DNA of 64,000 bases from an uncultured Desulfospira sp. (GCA_963663165.1 OY760175.1:1600001-1664000); one strand, 5' to 3'; positions 1 to 12,061 are shown, counted from the first letter of the stretch. Notes: generated from the letters alone by a model not told the origin. Numbers and translations: made by a program.

Positions 1-61
1 TCCCTAGGATTTCCTGTTCTCGTTTTTTTAGTTCCTGGATCTTGTCAGATATGACGCCCAT
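1..61 (-). CDS. 5' end of a gene running off the window (MGVISDKIQELKKREQEILG...), possibly an acyl-CoA carboxylase/carboxyltransferase beta subunit
   Basis: ATG at 61 preceded by AAGGAAAGG; open to the window edge; only 20 codons visible, so the product is a weak resemblance only. Confidence 0.4.
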   Translation of the reverse strand, partial: MGVISDKIQELKKREQEILG

Positions 62-455
62 AATTTCAACCTTTCCTTATGTTAAAACCAGTTACTACCG
101 CTTTTTATCCATCTGTTTTGTAAATTCGTCAGGCCGTTGATCAGTTGTACAGTTATAACGGCAACCCCCTTTTAGTTCAAATCAAATCTTTCATCAGACA
201 AATTCCGAGCGCGCGATCGGAATTTGAAATAACACTAATTCAAGGACATACGCCTTGTCAAGACACTTGTGAAATTCTACCCGGAAACCGGAGATAAACC
301 TATCCCCGGTAGGAAAATTTCCTATCCCGGCCCCTTGCCTCTCAAACCCAAAAAAAATTCCGATAAAAGACAAGACTATATCCTCGGATAGGGCCAACCT
401 GCAGACTGTTTGATGCGTGATTATAGATGATAAATGTATATTCCGCCCTGGACAG

Positions 456-650
456 TCGAAATCGAAATCGTTATCGAAATCGAGCGAATCTTGAAACCAC
501 TTTCAATTTTGGGCAGGAGCGGGCCATGCCCACGATTCGCGGGCATGGCCCGCTCCAACAAGGCCATGTTTCATGCTCTTGTTCAAATCATTCAGCTCGG
601 TGGACAAAAGCGTTGTGTTGCTCACCAAATTTTCCGATTTCGATTTCGAG
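456..650. repeat. (GAAATC)n hexamer array and its inverted (GATTTC)n partner flanking a REP element
   Basis: gtcgaaatcgaaatcgttatcgaaatcga at ~456-483 and cgatttcgatttcga at ~635-649. Confidence 0.6.
513..559. repeat. GTAG-type REP doublet (degenerate copy)
   Basis: gcaggagcgggccatgcccacga..tcgcgggcatggcccgctccaac; near-identical to copies at 9328 and 20174. Confidence 0.8.
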
Positions 651-866
651 CGGTACCCTTGGTTGAACCGGCACTCAGCAAATTCAATTTTATTGAAGAT
701 TTAACTTATTTTTAAACGCGATTGCCCTGCCCCTGCCCTTGACACGGAAATATTTATGGGCAAATATGGGGGTATTCACAAATCGAATCAACCTTCTGGC
801 CCAATGGATCGCATAGTGGTTTACATACAATGCGAATAAAGGTCTCAGATGAAAAGGAGGGCTCCA

Positions 867-2603
867 ATGAAAGCTGTTTCCTTTTACAGGCGACTATTTT
901 TAATCATTTTAGCGGTACTTATTTACTGTGTTTCCGGCCCATTGGCCGGCGCTAAAATTATCTATGTCAAATGGGATTCGGCAGCGCCTGCCCCGGACGG
1001 GGTCTCATGGGACACTGCCTATACGGATATTCAAAGCGCATTAAATGATGCCGGGCAGGGAGATGATATTTTTGTTGCAGCAGGGACGTATACCCCTGTT
1101 CAGGAAAACGGGGGCACAGGAACCCGGTTCACCTCATTCCAGTTGAAAAACCAGGTCGGCCTTTACGGCGGATTCGCCGGGACTGAAACAGATATCACTC
1201 AAAGGGACATTCAAGCCAACCCGACGATCCTCAGTGGTGATATCGGCACGGCTTTGGAAACAGGGGACAATTGTTACCATGTGTTCTACCATCCCGAAAA
1301 TTCCAACCTGGATGAAACGGCTGTTCTGGACGGTTTCACCATCACCGGTGGATATCCGAACGGATCAGGGGACCACCGCAGAGGCGGCGGGATGTACAAC
1401 GAGGATGCCTCCCCTGCCATTTCAAATTGTATATTTAAAGACAACCATGCTATCAGCAACTACGGCTATGGCGGCGGCATGTACAACCAAAATGCCTCCC
1501 CGCAGATTACATCCTGCACTTTCATGAACAACACCTGTAAAAAATACGGCGGGGGCATGTACAACAGCTATGCCTCGCCGATCATTGTAGATTCCGTGTT
1601 TCAAAACAACCGCTCGGGCCTGCCGCTGAATGTGACAAGCGGTGATGGCAACGGGGGCGGTATGTACATCAGCGGGACCAGTTCTCCGGCCCTGATCCAA
1701 TGCACCTTTGACGGCAACACAGCCCGGTACGACGGCGGCGCACTGTATATGACCGGCTCGAACGTCGCCCCGACCCTGATTAACTGCCGCTTTGTCAACA
1801 ACACCTCTGACAAACAGCATGGCGGAGCCATGTATATTACTTACGGCGCAACCCCTGAAATGGTCAACTGTGTTTTCAGCCACAACCAGGCCATGGCCAC
1901 GGCCAGGCACGGCGGTGCTATATACAACTATGCATCCTCACCTATTCTAACCAACTGCGTATTTTACCATAACGAAGCCGGGTGCATCGGGGACACCATA
2001 TACAATAGCCAGTTTTCCGACCCGGTTATCACCAACTCTATTTTGTGGCGCCATGACAACGACAGCGATCCGGATTTGATTTACAACACCAGCGAATGCT
2101 TCCCCTTGCTCACCTACTGCAATATCCAGGGCGGCTACGGCGATTCCCAGGAAGATCACAATATAGCTCTACCCCCTTTATTTGCAGACCCGGAAAATCA
2201 GGATTTCCACCTTCAGGCTGGCTCTCCCTGTATTGATGCCGGCAGCAATGATCTGCTGCCCCTGGATACAGAAGACATTGACGGGGACGGCGATGTATCG
2301 GAAACCATTCCCTGGGACATGGACCAAAATGACCGGCGCATGGATGAAAGCGACGTCACAGATACCGGGCAGGGAACGCCGCCGGTTGTCGACATGGGGG
2401 TTTATGAATCCGGCCAACCCGCCCCCCTTCCCGGGGACCTCAACCAAGACGGACAGGTTAACAGCCTTGACATCCCTTACTTTGCCGATTTCTTCGGTCT
2501 TTCACAACCGCCATCTGCCTGTGATGCGGATTTTGATACGGATAAAGACGTGGACGGGGCTGACCTTTCAGCGTTTATCCGTTTACTGGGCGGTCAGGAA
2601 TAA
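867..2603 (+). CDS. secreted right-handed parallel beta-helix repeat protein with choice-of-anchor-Q-like region and C-terminal dockerin-like EF-hand pair
   Basis: Signal peptide; repeated GGGMYN..SP.I.NC.F..N units; DFHLQAGSPCIDAG; GDLNQDGQVNSLD...DFDTDKDVDGADL; AGGAGG RBS before ATG 867. Confidence 0.8.
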   Translation: MKAVSFYRRLFLIILAVLIYCVSGPLAGAKIIYVKWDSAAPAPDGVSWDTAYTDIQSALNDAGQGDDIFVAAGTYTPVQENGGTGTRFTSFQLKNQVGLYGGFAGTETDITQRDIQANPTILSGDIGTALETGDNCYHVFYHPENSNLDETAVLDGFTITGGYPNGSGDHRRGGGMYNEDASPAISNCIFKDNHAISNYGYGGGMYNQNASPQITSCTFMNNTCKKYGGGMYNSYASPIIVDSVFQNNRSGLPLNVTSGDGNGGGMYISGTSSPALIQCTFDGNTARYDGGALYMTGSNVAPTLINCRFVNNTSDKQHGGAMYITYGATPEMVNCVFSHNQAMATARHGGAIYNYASSPILTNCVFYHNEAGCIGDTIYNSQFSDPVITNSILWRHDNDSDPDLIYNTSECFPLLTYCNIQGGYGDSQEDHNIALPPLFADPENQDFHLQAGSPCIDAGSNDLLPLDTEDIDGDGDVSETIPWDMDQNDRRMDESDVTDTGQGTPPVVDMGVYESGQPAPLPGDLNQDGQVNSLDIPYFADFFGLSQPPSACDADFDTDKDVDGADLSAFIRLLGGQE

Positions 2604-2640
2604 GAAGCCAATCTAAAAGAATAAAACCGGGAGTTAAGCG

Positions 2641-3249
2641 TTATTTCCCAAGATAGTCTGCCAGGCATTGATCCAGTTGGTTTAAGGTTCCCGAGTAAAA
2701 ATGGTCGCCGCCGCCCACGATTTCAAACCGGGTTTTAAGGTCCCATTTGCGAATAAGGTCTTTTATCATTCCCGGCGGCGCAATCTCATCGTTTTCCCCG
2801 GTCAGGATCAGGCCGGTATTGGAAAGGCTTTCAACGCCATCAAATGACATGAATGCCGCCGGCGGGGACACCATGATATGGTCATCAACCTTGATCCCGG
2901 CCGACACCACCGAAGCGTTTATCCGGGATCCGAAAGAGTATCCGGCAAGGACAATGGAAGAGATGCCCTGTTTTCCTAAAAACCCCACGGCGGCCCTCAC
3001 ATCTTCCTGCTCGCCGATCCCATCGTCATGGGTTCCTGAGCTTTTCCCGGTCCCCCTGAAATTAAACCGAAGGGTGGTAAAGCCAAGTTGTGAAAACCGG
3101 TCAACCACCTGCATGACCACCATATTGTCCATGTTCCCCCCATACAGGGGATGGGGATGGGTCATGACCACTGCCCGGTCAGACGATTGTTTATCCAGCA
3201 TTCCCTCAAGCTCAATACCTGAACATGGAATAATAACAGGTTGTTCCAT
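2641..3249 (-). CDS. alpha/beta-fold hydrolase
   Basis: HPHPLYGGNMDN, RFNFRG, GYSFG nucleophile elbow, GENDE, GDHFY. Confidence 0.88.
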   Translation of the reverse strand: MEQPVIIPCSGIELEGMLDKQSSDRAVVMTHPHPLYGGNMDNMVVMQVVDRFSQLGFTTLRFNFRGTGKSSGTHDDGIGEQEDVRAAVGFLGKQGISSIVLAGYSFGSRINASVVSAGIKVDDHIMVSPPAAFMSFDGVESLSNTGLILTGENDEIAPPGMIKDLIRKWDLKTRFEIVGGGDHFYSGTLNQLDQCLADYLGK

Positions 3250-3333
3250 ATGATTACCTTAATTTAGCCTTTAGCTGTTAGCATGCCCCGCATGTTTTCT
3301 GTATCCGGTCTCCGGTCTCCCGTCTTCCGTCTC

Positions 3334-4110
3334 CTACTTTATCGTTTTCATCAACTCTTTCACAAACCGGACCGGAATGGCATAGGTAATGCCCGAAGGC
3401 TCTTTAAGGACATGCTCTTTTTTCCCTTTAACAAAGACCTGGTTGATCACACCGATGACCTCCCCGGTGCGGCTCCGGTACAGGGGGCTGCCGCTGTTGC
3501 CCGGATAGGCCACGGCATCTACCTGGTACACATCATAGGGATCGTCTAAATACCGGACCAGTTTTCTGTCCCGGATCTGGTGAAAGGTGGTGGGCCGCAC
3601 CAGAGGGCAGACGCTTGAGATGATCCCCATGTGGGTGGTGGGGTTTAACCCGAGAACCAGGCCGATGGGGTATCCGGTAAAGGCCACCCCGATTCCCTCA
3701 CGGACATTGCCCGGTTTCCCGTCAAGGGTCATGGGGGAAAGGCGTTCCTGGGCCAGCTGTAAAATGGCCAGGTCATGGAACTTGTCCTCTGCCACAATTT
3801 GTGCCTCAACCCCTTTAACGGAAAGGTCTTTATGGAAAATTCTCAGATACCTGAGCCGGTTTTTCTCAACCACCGGGGCCACCACATGGTGGTTGGTCAC
3901 CACCCACTGCCCCTCTCCGACCACGAACCCGGTGCCAAGGTAGGTGGACTTGGGGACGTCGTTGAAATAGTGGGTCCCCACCGCTACAATGGCGGGCTTG
4001 ACCTTTTCAAGCAGATCGGCAAAGGGCTCGTCCCCTGCCCCAAGGGTTTCTTCACCGGTTGAAACCAGACATAAAACCACCCCCAGGGTAACGCAGAAAA
4101 ACCTTAACAT
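3334..4110 (-). CDS. secreted trypsin-like (S1C) serine protease without PDZ domain
   Basis: Signal peptide; GTGF, TNHHVV (His), HDLA (Asp), GNSGSP (Ser). Confidence 0.88.
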   Translation of the reverse strand: MLRFFCVTLGVVLCLVSTGEETLGAGDEPFADLLEKVKPAIVAVGTHYFNDVPKSTYLGTGFVVGEGQWVVTNHHVVAPVVEKNRLRYLRIFHKDLSVKGVEAQIVAEDKFHDLAILQLAQERLSPMTLDGKPGNVREGIGVAFTGYPIGLVLGLNPTTHMGIISSVCPLVRPTTFHQIRDRKLVRYLDDPYDVYQVDAVAYPGNSGSPLYRSRTGEVIGVINQVFVKGKKEHVLKEPSGITYAIPVRFVKELMKTIK

Positions 4111-4124
4111 CCGGCAGCCTTTGC

Positions 4125-5822
<1,698 letters not shown>

Positions 5823-5825
5823 TTA

Positions 5826-6668
5826 TCATTCGTAAATTTTCTTAAAATCTTCCAGCTGCCTGTCCAGTTCCCGGATGGTGTCGGCAAAGTTTTGTTCCGT
5901 TTCCGGATATTGGGCCATGATGTGGCTGATGTCAAAAAATCCAGGGGGAAAGTCTGATTTGAATTCAACCCGGCTGACCCGTATCTGTGCCGCCCGCTGC
6001 CCGTCCATATAAATATCGGTTTCCATGGGATACCAGGCCTGGCCGGTTTCCTGCCAGTCGCTGTAACGGTACTCCATGGTCCATCCCTTTTTCACCAGCA
6101 CATACCGGACCGGAAAAAGGCTTTCCTTATCAATCCAGAGGCTGGGGTAAAGCCCGTCTTTCTTTTGGGCCCGTCCAATGACATAACAGACCCGGCTGTC
6201 AAGCCTTCGGAAGACCACTTTTTCAGTGTCCACACCCTGCCTGGCCATCTGCTGTTCAAGGATGTCATACTCTCTATAAAGCAGAATATCCGTATAAAAG
6301 TCCAGGGCTGATTTTTCATAGGCGCTGATCCGGCCGTCCTGCACGGCAATAAATTGCCGGCCATCTGCCACGCATAAACCGGTCACGCCGTTGGCGCAGG
6401 TCTCTTTGCGCATCCGGTCCGGACACTGGTAAAACAATTTTTCGGTTAAGCCGCCAACCTTGTGAAACCCTAAGGCCCCACTGCCGGAAATCTTTTTAAG
6501 CTGGAGAACCGTTCGGGTCTGGCAAACCGCAAGCCCTGCAGGCTTCTGGACCTTCTGGATCATCATATACAGCAGATGAGGCGTTTGGGGAATGAATGCC
6601 CTTGCTGTTTTGGGAACAAAAAACAGAATAAGAGCAAGAAACAGATAGAATATTTTTTTTCTATTCAT
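5826..6668 (-). CDS. exported LolA-like/outer-membrane lipoprotein-sorting fold protein
   Basis: Signal peptide from ATG 6668 (MNRKKIFYLFLALILFF); LWIDKESLFPVR motif typical of LolA-like proteins; the longer ORF-track start derives from a repeat. Confidence 0.6.
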   Translation of the reverse strand: MNRKKIFYLFLALILFFVPKTARAFIPQTPHLLYMMIQKVQKPAGLAVCQTRTVLQLKKISGSGALGFHKVGGLTEKLFYQCPDRMRKETCANGVTGLCVADGRQFIAVQDGRISAYEKSALDFYTDILLYREYDILEQQMARQGVDTEKVVFRRLDSRVCYVIGRAQKKDGLYPSLWIDKESLFPVRYVLVKKGWTMEYRYSDWQETGQAWYPMETDIYMDGQRAAQIRVSRVEFKSDFPPGFFDISHIMAQYPETEQNFADTIRELDRQLEDFKKIYE

Positions 6669-6756
6669 TAAGGGGGTAGCATGAACGGATGAAGACCCCA
6701 AAAACCAAAAGCAACCGCAACTTTCAAAGTCTTCATCATTTTTTTTGAAAACCACA

Positions 6757-6832
6757 GGACTTGGGAAATGGGACTTGGGGTTTTCCGCCGAATCCCTGAC
6801 GCAAGTCCCAAGTCCCAAGTCTCATATCCCAA
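6757..6832. repeat. inverted pair of (GGGACTT)n heptamer arrays
   Basis: ggacttgggaaatgggacttgggg ... caagtcccaagtcccaagtctcatatccc; same family at 14771, 27140, 27453, 51902. Confidence 0.75.
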
Positions 6833-6910
6833 TCTATCACTATTTGCTGTGGGCCGGCCTTGAATCAGCAACCAAGGCCGGCCCGATTTCATCCCTTACG
6901 GGTATAACCG

Positions 6911-8182
6911 TTACAACAGGAGGCCTTCGGGGAAACAGGCACCGTCACCGAGCTGTTCCTCAATCCGGATCAACTGGTTGTACTTGGCCACCCGGTCGCT
7001 TCTGGACATGGACCCGGTTTTGATCTGGCCGGCATTGACGCCCACGGCCAAGTCGGCAATAAAGGAATCTTCGGTTTCACCGGACCGGTGGGAGACCACG
7101 GTGGTGTAGCCCGAGGCCTTGGCCATCTGGATGGTGTCAAGGGTTTCGGTTACAGTGCCGATCTGGTTGAGCTTGATAAGGATGGAGTTGCCGATCTGTC
7201 TTTCAATCCCTTTTTTGAAAATGTCGGGGTTGGTGACAAAGACATCGTCCCCCACAATCTGGATCTTGCTGCCCAGCCGCTGGGTCATGATTTCCCAGGC
7301 GTCCCAGTCGCCTTCAGCGATGCCGTCTTCAATGGACAGCAACGGGTACTTGTCAATGAGGCCCTCATAATAATCAATGAGTTCTTCAGCAGACAAAGAC
7401 CTGTCCTCAGAGGCGAACCTGTACTTGCCGTCTTCATAGAACTCGCTGGCAGCCGCATCCAGGGCAATGCCGATATCCTTGCCCGGCCGGTAGCCGGCCT
7501 CTTCAATGGCATGGATGATGTATTCAATGGCCTCTTCATTGGAGTTCAGGTTCGGGGCAAATCCGCCTTCATCGCCCACGGCCGTGTTCAGCCCCTTGCC
7601 CTTGAGTATCTTTTTGAGATGATGAAAGGTTTCAGCCCCCATGCGGATGGCTTCGCTGATGGAGCCGGCCCCGAATGGAAGCACCATGAACTCCTGAATA
7701 TCCAGGTTATTGGCGGCATGGGCGCCCCCGTTAACGATATTCATCATGGGCACGGGCATCACCCGGGCATTGATTCCTCCGATATGCTGGTACAACGGGA
7801 TATCACAAGATTGTGCCGCTGCTCTTGTGGCGGCCATGGACACCCCGAGAATGGCGTTGGCCCCAAGCCGTGATTTGTTCTCGGTGCCGTCAATGTCGAT
7901 CATGGTCCGGTCAAGCCCGGCCTGGTCCATGGCATCATACCCGATGATCTCAGGGGCAATAACGTCGTTAACATTGGCCACGGCGTTTTGAACCCCTTTG
8001 CCCATAAACCGGTTGTCGATTTTGTCCCGAAGCTCCAGGGCTTCCCGGGTTCCGGTAGACGCCCCGGACGGCACAGCGGCCCTGCCCTGAGCGCCACAGG
8101 CAAGGCTCACATCGACTTCAACCGTAGGATTCCCTCTTGAATCCAGGATCTCCCTTGCCCTGACATCAATTATCTCGGTCAT
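6911..8182 (-). CDS. eno: enolase
   Basis: [47 protein letters not shown]. Confidence 0.98.
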   Translation of the reverse strand: MTEIIDVRAREILDSRGNPTVEVDVSLACGAQGRAAVPSGASTGTREALELRDKIDNRFMGKGVQNAVANVNDVIAPEIIGYDAMDQAGLDRTMIDIDGTENKSRLGANAILGVSMAATRAAAQSCDIPLYQHIGGINARVMPVPMMNIVNGGAHAANNLDIQEFMVLPFGAGSISEAIRMGAETFHHLKKILKGKGLNTAVGDEGGFAPNLNSNEEAIEYIIHAIEEAGYRPGKDIGIALDAAASEFYEDGKYRFASEDRSLSAEELIDYYEGLIDKYPLLSIEDGIAEGDWDAWEIMTQRLGSKIQIVGDDVFVTNPDIFKKGIERQIGNSILIKLNQIGTVTETLDTIQMAKASGYTTVVSHRSGETEDSFIADLAVGVNAGQIKTGSMSRSDRVAKYNQLIRIEEQLGDGACFPEGLLL

Positions 8183-8410
8183 TTTCCCCCCCTTTTTTTA
8201 TGGTATTTGAATGAACTGATTGTAGATTGACTGGTATGTACGGTATCCATTATTAACAATAACCCATCCGACATTCAAGATTAATCTTGAATTTACCCCT
8301 GTTCCTTATTAAATTATTTTTCAAACCCCCTTAATCTTGACAAACAAAAGCCACTCTTATATTTACAAAAGTTGTCTTGATTTAACATTAATCTCATAAA
8401 GGAGTTATTC

Positions 8411-9079
8411 ATGAACATTCTTTTTTTCGGACCAAACGGCAGCGGCAAGGGAACCCAGGGGAAAATCCTCAAAGACAAATACAACATTGCCCATGTAGAA
8501 TCCGGTGCCATTTTCCGTGACAACATCAAGGGCGGCACCGAGCTTGGCAAAAAAGCCAAAGAATACATTGACAAAGGTGATCTGGTGCCCGACGATATCA
8601 CCATCCCCATGATGATCGACCGCATCAAAAAAGATGACTGTAAAAATGGATGGCTCCTTGACGGATTCCCGAGAAACAAAGTCCAGGCTGAAAAACTTCA
8701 TGCCTCTCTTGAAGCAGAAGGCATTAAACTCAACTATGTCATTGAAATGCTCCTTGACCGTGAGATTGCCAAAAACAGAATCATGGGCCGCCGGCTCTGT
8801 GAAAACGACAACAACCATCCCAACAACATCTTTATTGACGCCATCAAACCCGACGGAGACAAATGCCGGGTCTGCGGCGGCGCCTTAAGCGCCCGGGATG
8901 ACGACCAGGATGAAGGCGCCATTGATAAACGCCACTCCATCTATTATGACACCGATACCGGCACTTTGGCATCCGCCTACTATTTCAGAGATCTTGCCGA
9001 TGCCCCGTTCAAATACATCACCCTTAACGGCGAACAGGCTTTGCCGGATGTGACGGCAGAGCTGGTCTCCAAATTATAG
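8411..9079 (+). CDS. adk: adenylate kinase with metal-binding LID
   Basis: GPNGSGKGTQ P-loop, GDLVPD, LDGFPR; LID C-X5-H-X15-C-X2-C. Confidence 0.96.
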   Translation: MNILFFGPNGSGKGTQGKILKDKYNIAHVESGAIFRDNIKGGTELGKKAKEYIDKGDLVPDDITIPMMIDRIKKDDCKNGWLLDGFPRNKVQAEKLHASLEAEGIKLNYVIEMLLDREIAKNRIMGRRLCENDNNHPNNIFIDAIKPDGDKCRVCGGALSARDDDQDEGAIDKRHSIYYDTDTGTLASAYYFRDLADAPFKYITLNGEQALPDVTAELVSKL

Positions 9080-9081
9080 TA

Positions 9082-9229
9082 TAGTGTTTGGGCGATAAGT
9101 CACCCATCTGCTGCGTTGCAAAAAAATTTGCAATCCTCACAACCCTTAAGGTTGCTCCGGTTGCAAATTTTTTTGCGCCTTGCATATGGGCAACTTCTCA
9201 CCCAAACACGGGCTCTCGTTCAGACACCA
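9082..9229. mobile_element. structured MITE-like palindromic element (CTGCGTTG...CGCCTTG family)
   Basis: Nested stems gtgtttggg/cccaaacac and aaaaaatttgcaa/ttgcaaatttttt, inner hairpin caacc/ggttg; related copies at 35296 and 52869. Confidence 0.6.
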
Positions 9230-9244
9230 TCTGATCTGAAAAAT

Positions 9245-9288
9245 AAAAACGCCGTTGCAGGTTTTTTTACCTGAAAAGGCGTTTTTTT
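9245..9288 (+). terminator. intrinsic terminator after adk
   Basis: aaaacgcc...ggcgtttt stem followed by T-tract. Confidence 0.55.
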
Positions 9289-9327
9289 ATGCTGGGGCTT
9301 AAGCGCCTATGCTACTGTGTCGCAAAA

Positions 9328-9410
9328 GTAGGAGCGGGCCATGCCCGCGATCGGATCGCGGGCATGGCCCGCTCCTACGCCGCAACCAGAGGGAACTGCA
9401 AATCCGGCCT
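9328..9410. repeat. GTAG-type REP doublet with conserved tail
   Basis: gtaggagcgggccatgcccgcgatc..gatcgcgggcatggcccgctcctac palindrome plus tail gcaaccagagggaactgcaaatccgg shared with the 20174 copy. Confidence 0.85.
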
Positions 9411-9422
9411 TCGGTCTTCGGC

Positions 9423-9926
9423 CTAAACCCCTTTGAATTCCTTGGGCCTTAAGAATGCCGTTAATTTAATAGAGGCTTTTGATATCTCCTGCCAGGTGCA
9501 ATTTTCCGTTACGGTCAGCTGGGCGTATCCGCATGTGGGGATATTGTCGATATGCCGGTGGCCAAGTTCATTGCACAGATCCGTTAGGGCCGGGTTATGG
9601 CCGACAATCAGCACATCCGTTAAAGTCTCGTCGTGTAATTGAATAAAGCTGAGCAGATTTCTACTGTTAAACGTATACAGATCCGGTTCAATGGTCCATT
9701 CAAACGCCATGGTTTCCAGAGACTTTCGGATAAGTTCGATGGTGGACCTTGCCCTTAAGGCCGGGCTGCAAAACACGTGGTCAAAGCAGCATCCGGCCTC
9801 TACCAGGTGCCGGGCCATAAACTTGCCGGTGCGGACCCCGCGCTTGTTCAAGGGCCTGTCCACATCGGCAAGGGAGCTGTCCTTCCAGCTTGACTTGGCA
9901 TGCCGGATCAGGTGTAGGGTTTTCAC
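9423..9926 (-). CDS. sixA: SixA-like histidine phosphatase
   Basis: LIRHAKSSW, DRPL, SPALRA, VGHNP. Confidence 0.85.
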   Translation of the reverse strand: MKTLHLIRHAKSSWKDSSLADVDRPLNKRGVRTGKFMARHLVEAGCCFDHVFCSPALRARSTIELIRKSLETMAFEWTIEPDLYTFNSRNLLSFIQLHDETLTDVLIVGHNPALTDLCNELGHRHIDNIPTCGYAQLTVTENCTWQEISKASIKLTAFLRPKEFKGV

Positions 9927-9934
9927 GGCCCCGC

Positions 9935-11374
9935 CTATTTCCCCTCAAACCGCCAGAACGTCCCTGAAGGCCCGTCTTCCAGGACAATGTTCATGGCCTG
10001 CAGCTGGTCCCTGATTTCGTCGGCCCGGGCAAAATTCTTTGACTTCCGGGCTGCGGTTCTTTCTTCAATGAGCTTGTCGATATCGGCAGGGTCTATGGCC
10101 TGGTCGGCCATGCCCTTTTCTTTTTTGGCCGCAAACCAGTCTTTGGGGGCTTCCATGAAAATGCCCAGAACCCGGGACAGGGTCTTGATATCTCCGTACA
10201 CGGCTGACAATTCCGTTGCGGCCCCGGCATCGGGAGAATCACCGGCATCATCTAAGATCTTGTTGCCCCGTTTCACGGCTTCAAACACAGAGCCAAGGGC
10301 CCTGGCCGAATTAAAATCATCGTTCATGGCCGTTGTAAAATCTTCCCACAGACCGCCCCGGTTTTGATCATCCCCCGTAATCCCGGCGTCTTCAAGCCGT
10401 TCTAAAAAGGCATAAATCCGGTCCAGGCCCAAAGACACCTCCCGCATGGAATCTTCATTGTAGTCAATGGGGCTTCGGTAATGCTTGGACAAAAGAAACA
10501 GCCGGATCACCTCGGGGGAATAGTCGGCCAGAACCTCCTTGATCATGGTAAAATTGCCCAGGGATTTGGACATTTTTTCATTGTTGATATCCACAAACCC
10601 GTTGTGGATCCAGTATTTGACAAACTGGCACCCGAACAGGGCCTCGCTTTGGGCGATTTCGTTTTCGTGGTGGGGGAAAATCAGGTCCTTTCCCCCGCCA
10701 TGGATGTCAAACCCCTGGCCCAGGTACTCAGCGCTCATGGCCGAGCATTCAATGTGCCAGCCGGGCCGTCCCTTTCCCCAGGGGCTGTCCCAGGAAGGCT
10801 CGCCGGGTTTGGCCGGTTTCCATAAGGTAAAATCAAGGGGGCTTTGTTTTTTTTCATCTACGGCGATCCTGGCTCCGGCCCTCATGTCCTCGGGGTTCCG
10901 GCCGGATAACTTGCCGTATTCTTCAAAAGAATCAATGGAAAAATAAACATCCCCGCCCGGGACATGGTAGGCCTTGCCCTTGTCTATGAGCTTTTGGATA
11001 AAATCAATGATGTGCCGGATATGCTCGGTGGCCTTGGGCTCCATGGTGGGCCGAAGGACATTCAGGGCGTCCATTTCATTGTGGAATTCATCAATATACT
11101 TTTCCGTGATGGCCGTGCAGGTTTCGCCGGTTTCATTGGATTTTCTGATGATCTTGTCATCCACATCCGTAAAATTTCTCACATAGGTCACCTCAAAGCC
11201 GATCTGCCCCAACCACCTGAAAATCATATCAAAGACCACCACGGACCGGGCATGGCCAATGTGACTGGTGTCATACACCGTGGGACCGCACACGTACATC
11301 CCCACCTTTCCCTCGTTAATGGGAACAAATGCTTCCTTTTTTCCAGCCAATGTGTTGTAAATTTTCAAATCCAT
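9935..11374 (-). CDS. cysS: cysteine--tRNA ligase
   Basis: YVCGPTVY, HIGH, GRPGWHIECSAM, KMSKS; start MDLKIYNT overlaps the ispF stop. Confidence 0.97.
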   Translation of the reverse strand: MDLKIYNTLAGKKEAFVPINEGKVGMYVCGPTVYDTSHIGHARSVVVFDMIFRWLGQIGFEVTYVRNFTDVDDKIIRKSNETGETCTAITEKYIDEFHNEMDALNVLRPTMEPKATEHIRHIIDFIQKLIDKGKAYHVPGGDVYFSIDSFEEYGKLSGRNPEDMRAGARIAVDEKKQSPLDFTLWKPAKPGEPSWDSPWGKGRPGWHIECSAMSAEYLGQGFDIHGGGKDLIFPHHENEIAQSEALFGCQFVKYWIHNGFVDINNEKMSKSLGNFTMIKEVLADYSPEVIRLFLLSKHYRSPIDYNEDSMREVSLGLDRIYAFLERLEDAGITGDDQNRGGLWEDFTTAMNDDFNSARALGSVFEAVKRGNKILDDAGDSPDAGAATELSAVYGDIKTLSRVLGIFMEAPKDWFAAKKEKGMADQAIDPADIDKLIEERTAARKSKNFARADEIRDQLQAMNIVLEDGPSGTFWRFEGK

Positions 11375-11877
11375 TATTTCTCTTTCCCCAAAATAGATTT
11401 TATGAGTACCGTACACTGGGCGGCTATGCCCTCGCCCCTGCCGATAAACCCCAATTGTTCCGTGGTGGTGGCCTTGACGTTGACCCGGTCGGGATCAAGG
11501 TCCAGCACCCTTGCCATATGATCTTCCATTTTCCGTTTATAAGGGCCCAGGCGAGGTGCCTGGGCATACACCACACAATCTGCATTACAGATGGCGTACC
11601 CTTTCTTGGCCAGCAACTCAAGACACTGTTTTAAAAGAAGTGAACTTGATATCCCCTTGTACTGCGGGTCGTTATCGGGAAAATGCTCCCCAATGTCCCC
11701 CAACCCGGCAGCCCCGAGGATGGCATCACACAGGGCATGGATCAGCACATCCGCATCCGAGTGGCCCAAAAGCCCCTTATCATGCTCAATTTTCACTCCG
11801 CCCAGGATCAAGTCCCGGCCGGAGACCAGCTGGTGGACATCGGTCCCGAATCCTACCCTGATGTCTGTGTCTGTCAT
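11374..11877 (-). CDS. ispF: 2-C-methyl-D-erythritol 2,4-cyclodiphosphate synthase
   Basis: GFGTDVH, GHSDADV, GDIGEHFP, NVKATTTE. Confidence 0.96.
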   Translation of the reverse strand: MTDTDIRVGFGTDVHQLVSGRDLILGGVKIEHDKGLLGHSDADVLIHALCDAILGAAGLGDIGEHFPDNDPQYKGISSSLLLKQCLELLAKKGYAICNADCVVYAQAPRLGPYKRKMEDHMARVLDLDPDRVNVKATTTEQLGFIGRGEGIAAQCTVLIKSILGKEK

Positions 11878-11887
11878 TTGTAATCCG

Positions 11888-11970
11888 TTTTAGCTGTTAG
11901 CTGTTAGCCGTTAGCTGTTAGCGGACAACCGCAATCTAAAAAGGCTAACGGCTGATTGCTAAAAGCTAAA
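11888..11970. repeat. inverted (TAGCTGT)n heptamer arrays
   Basis: ttagctgttagctgttagccgttagctgttagc then gctaacggctga..gctaaaagctaa; same family at ~3265, 12626, 45355, 63434. Confidence 0.75.
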
Positions 11971-12061
11971 TGTCAAAAGAATCTGATACCATATTCATAG
12001 ATTCTTTTAAAGATTGGTTTTTATATTGCCTTAATATAGGGGGATATTGTAAAAAAAAGCC

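Noticed and set aside
7088..7873. Long antisense ORFs opposite eno, lon, the RND genes, the ATPases and the kinase
   Set aside because: Shadow frames of GC-rich coding genes with no independent motifs or RBS.
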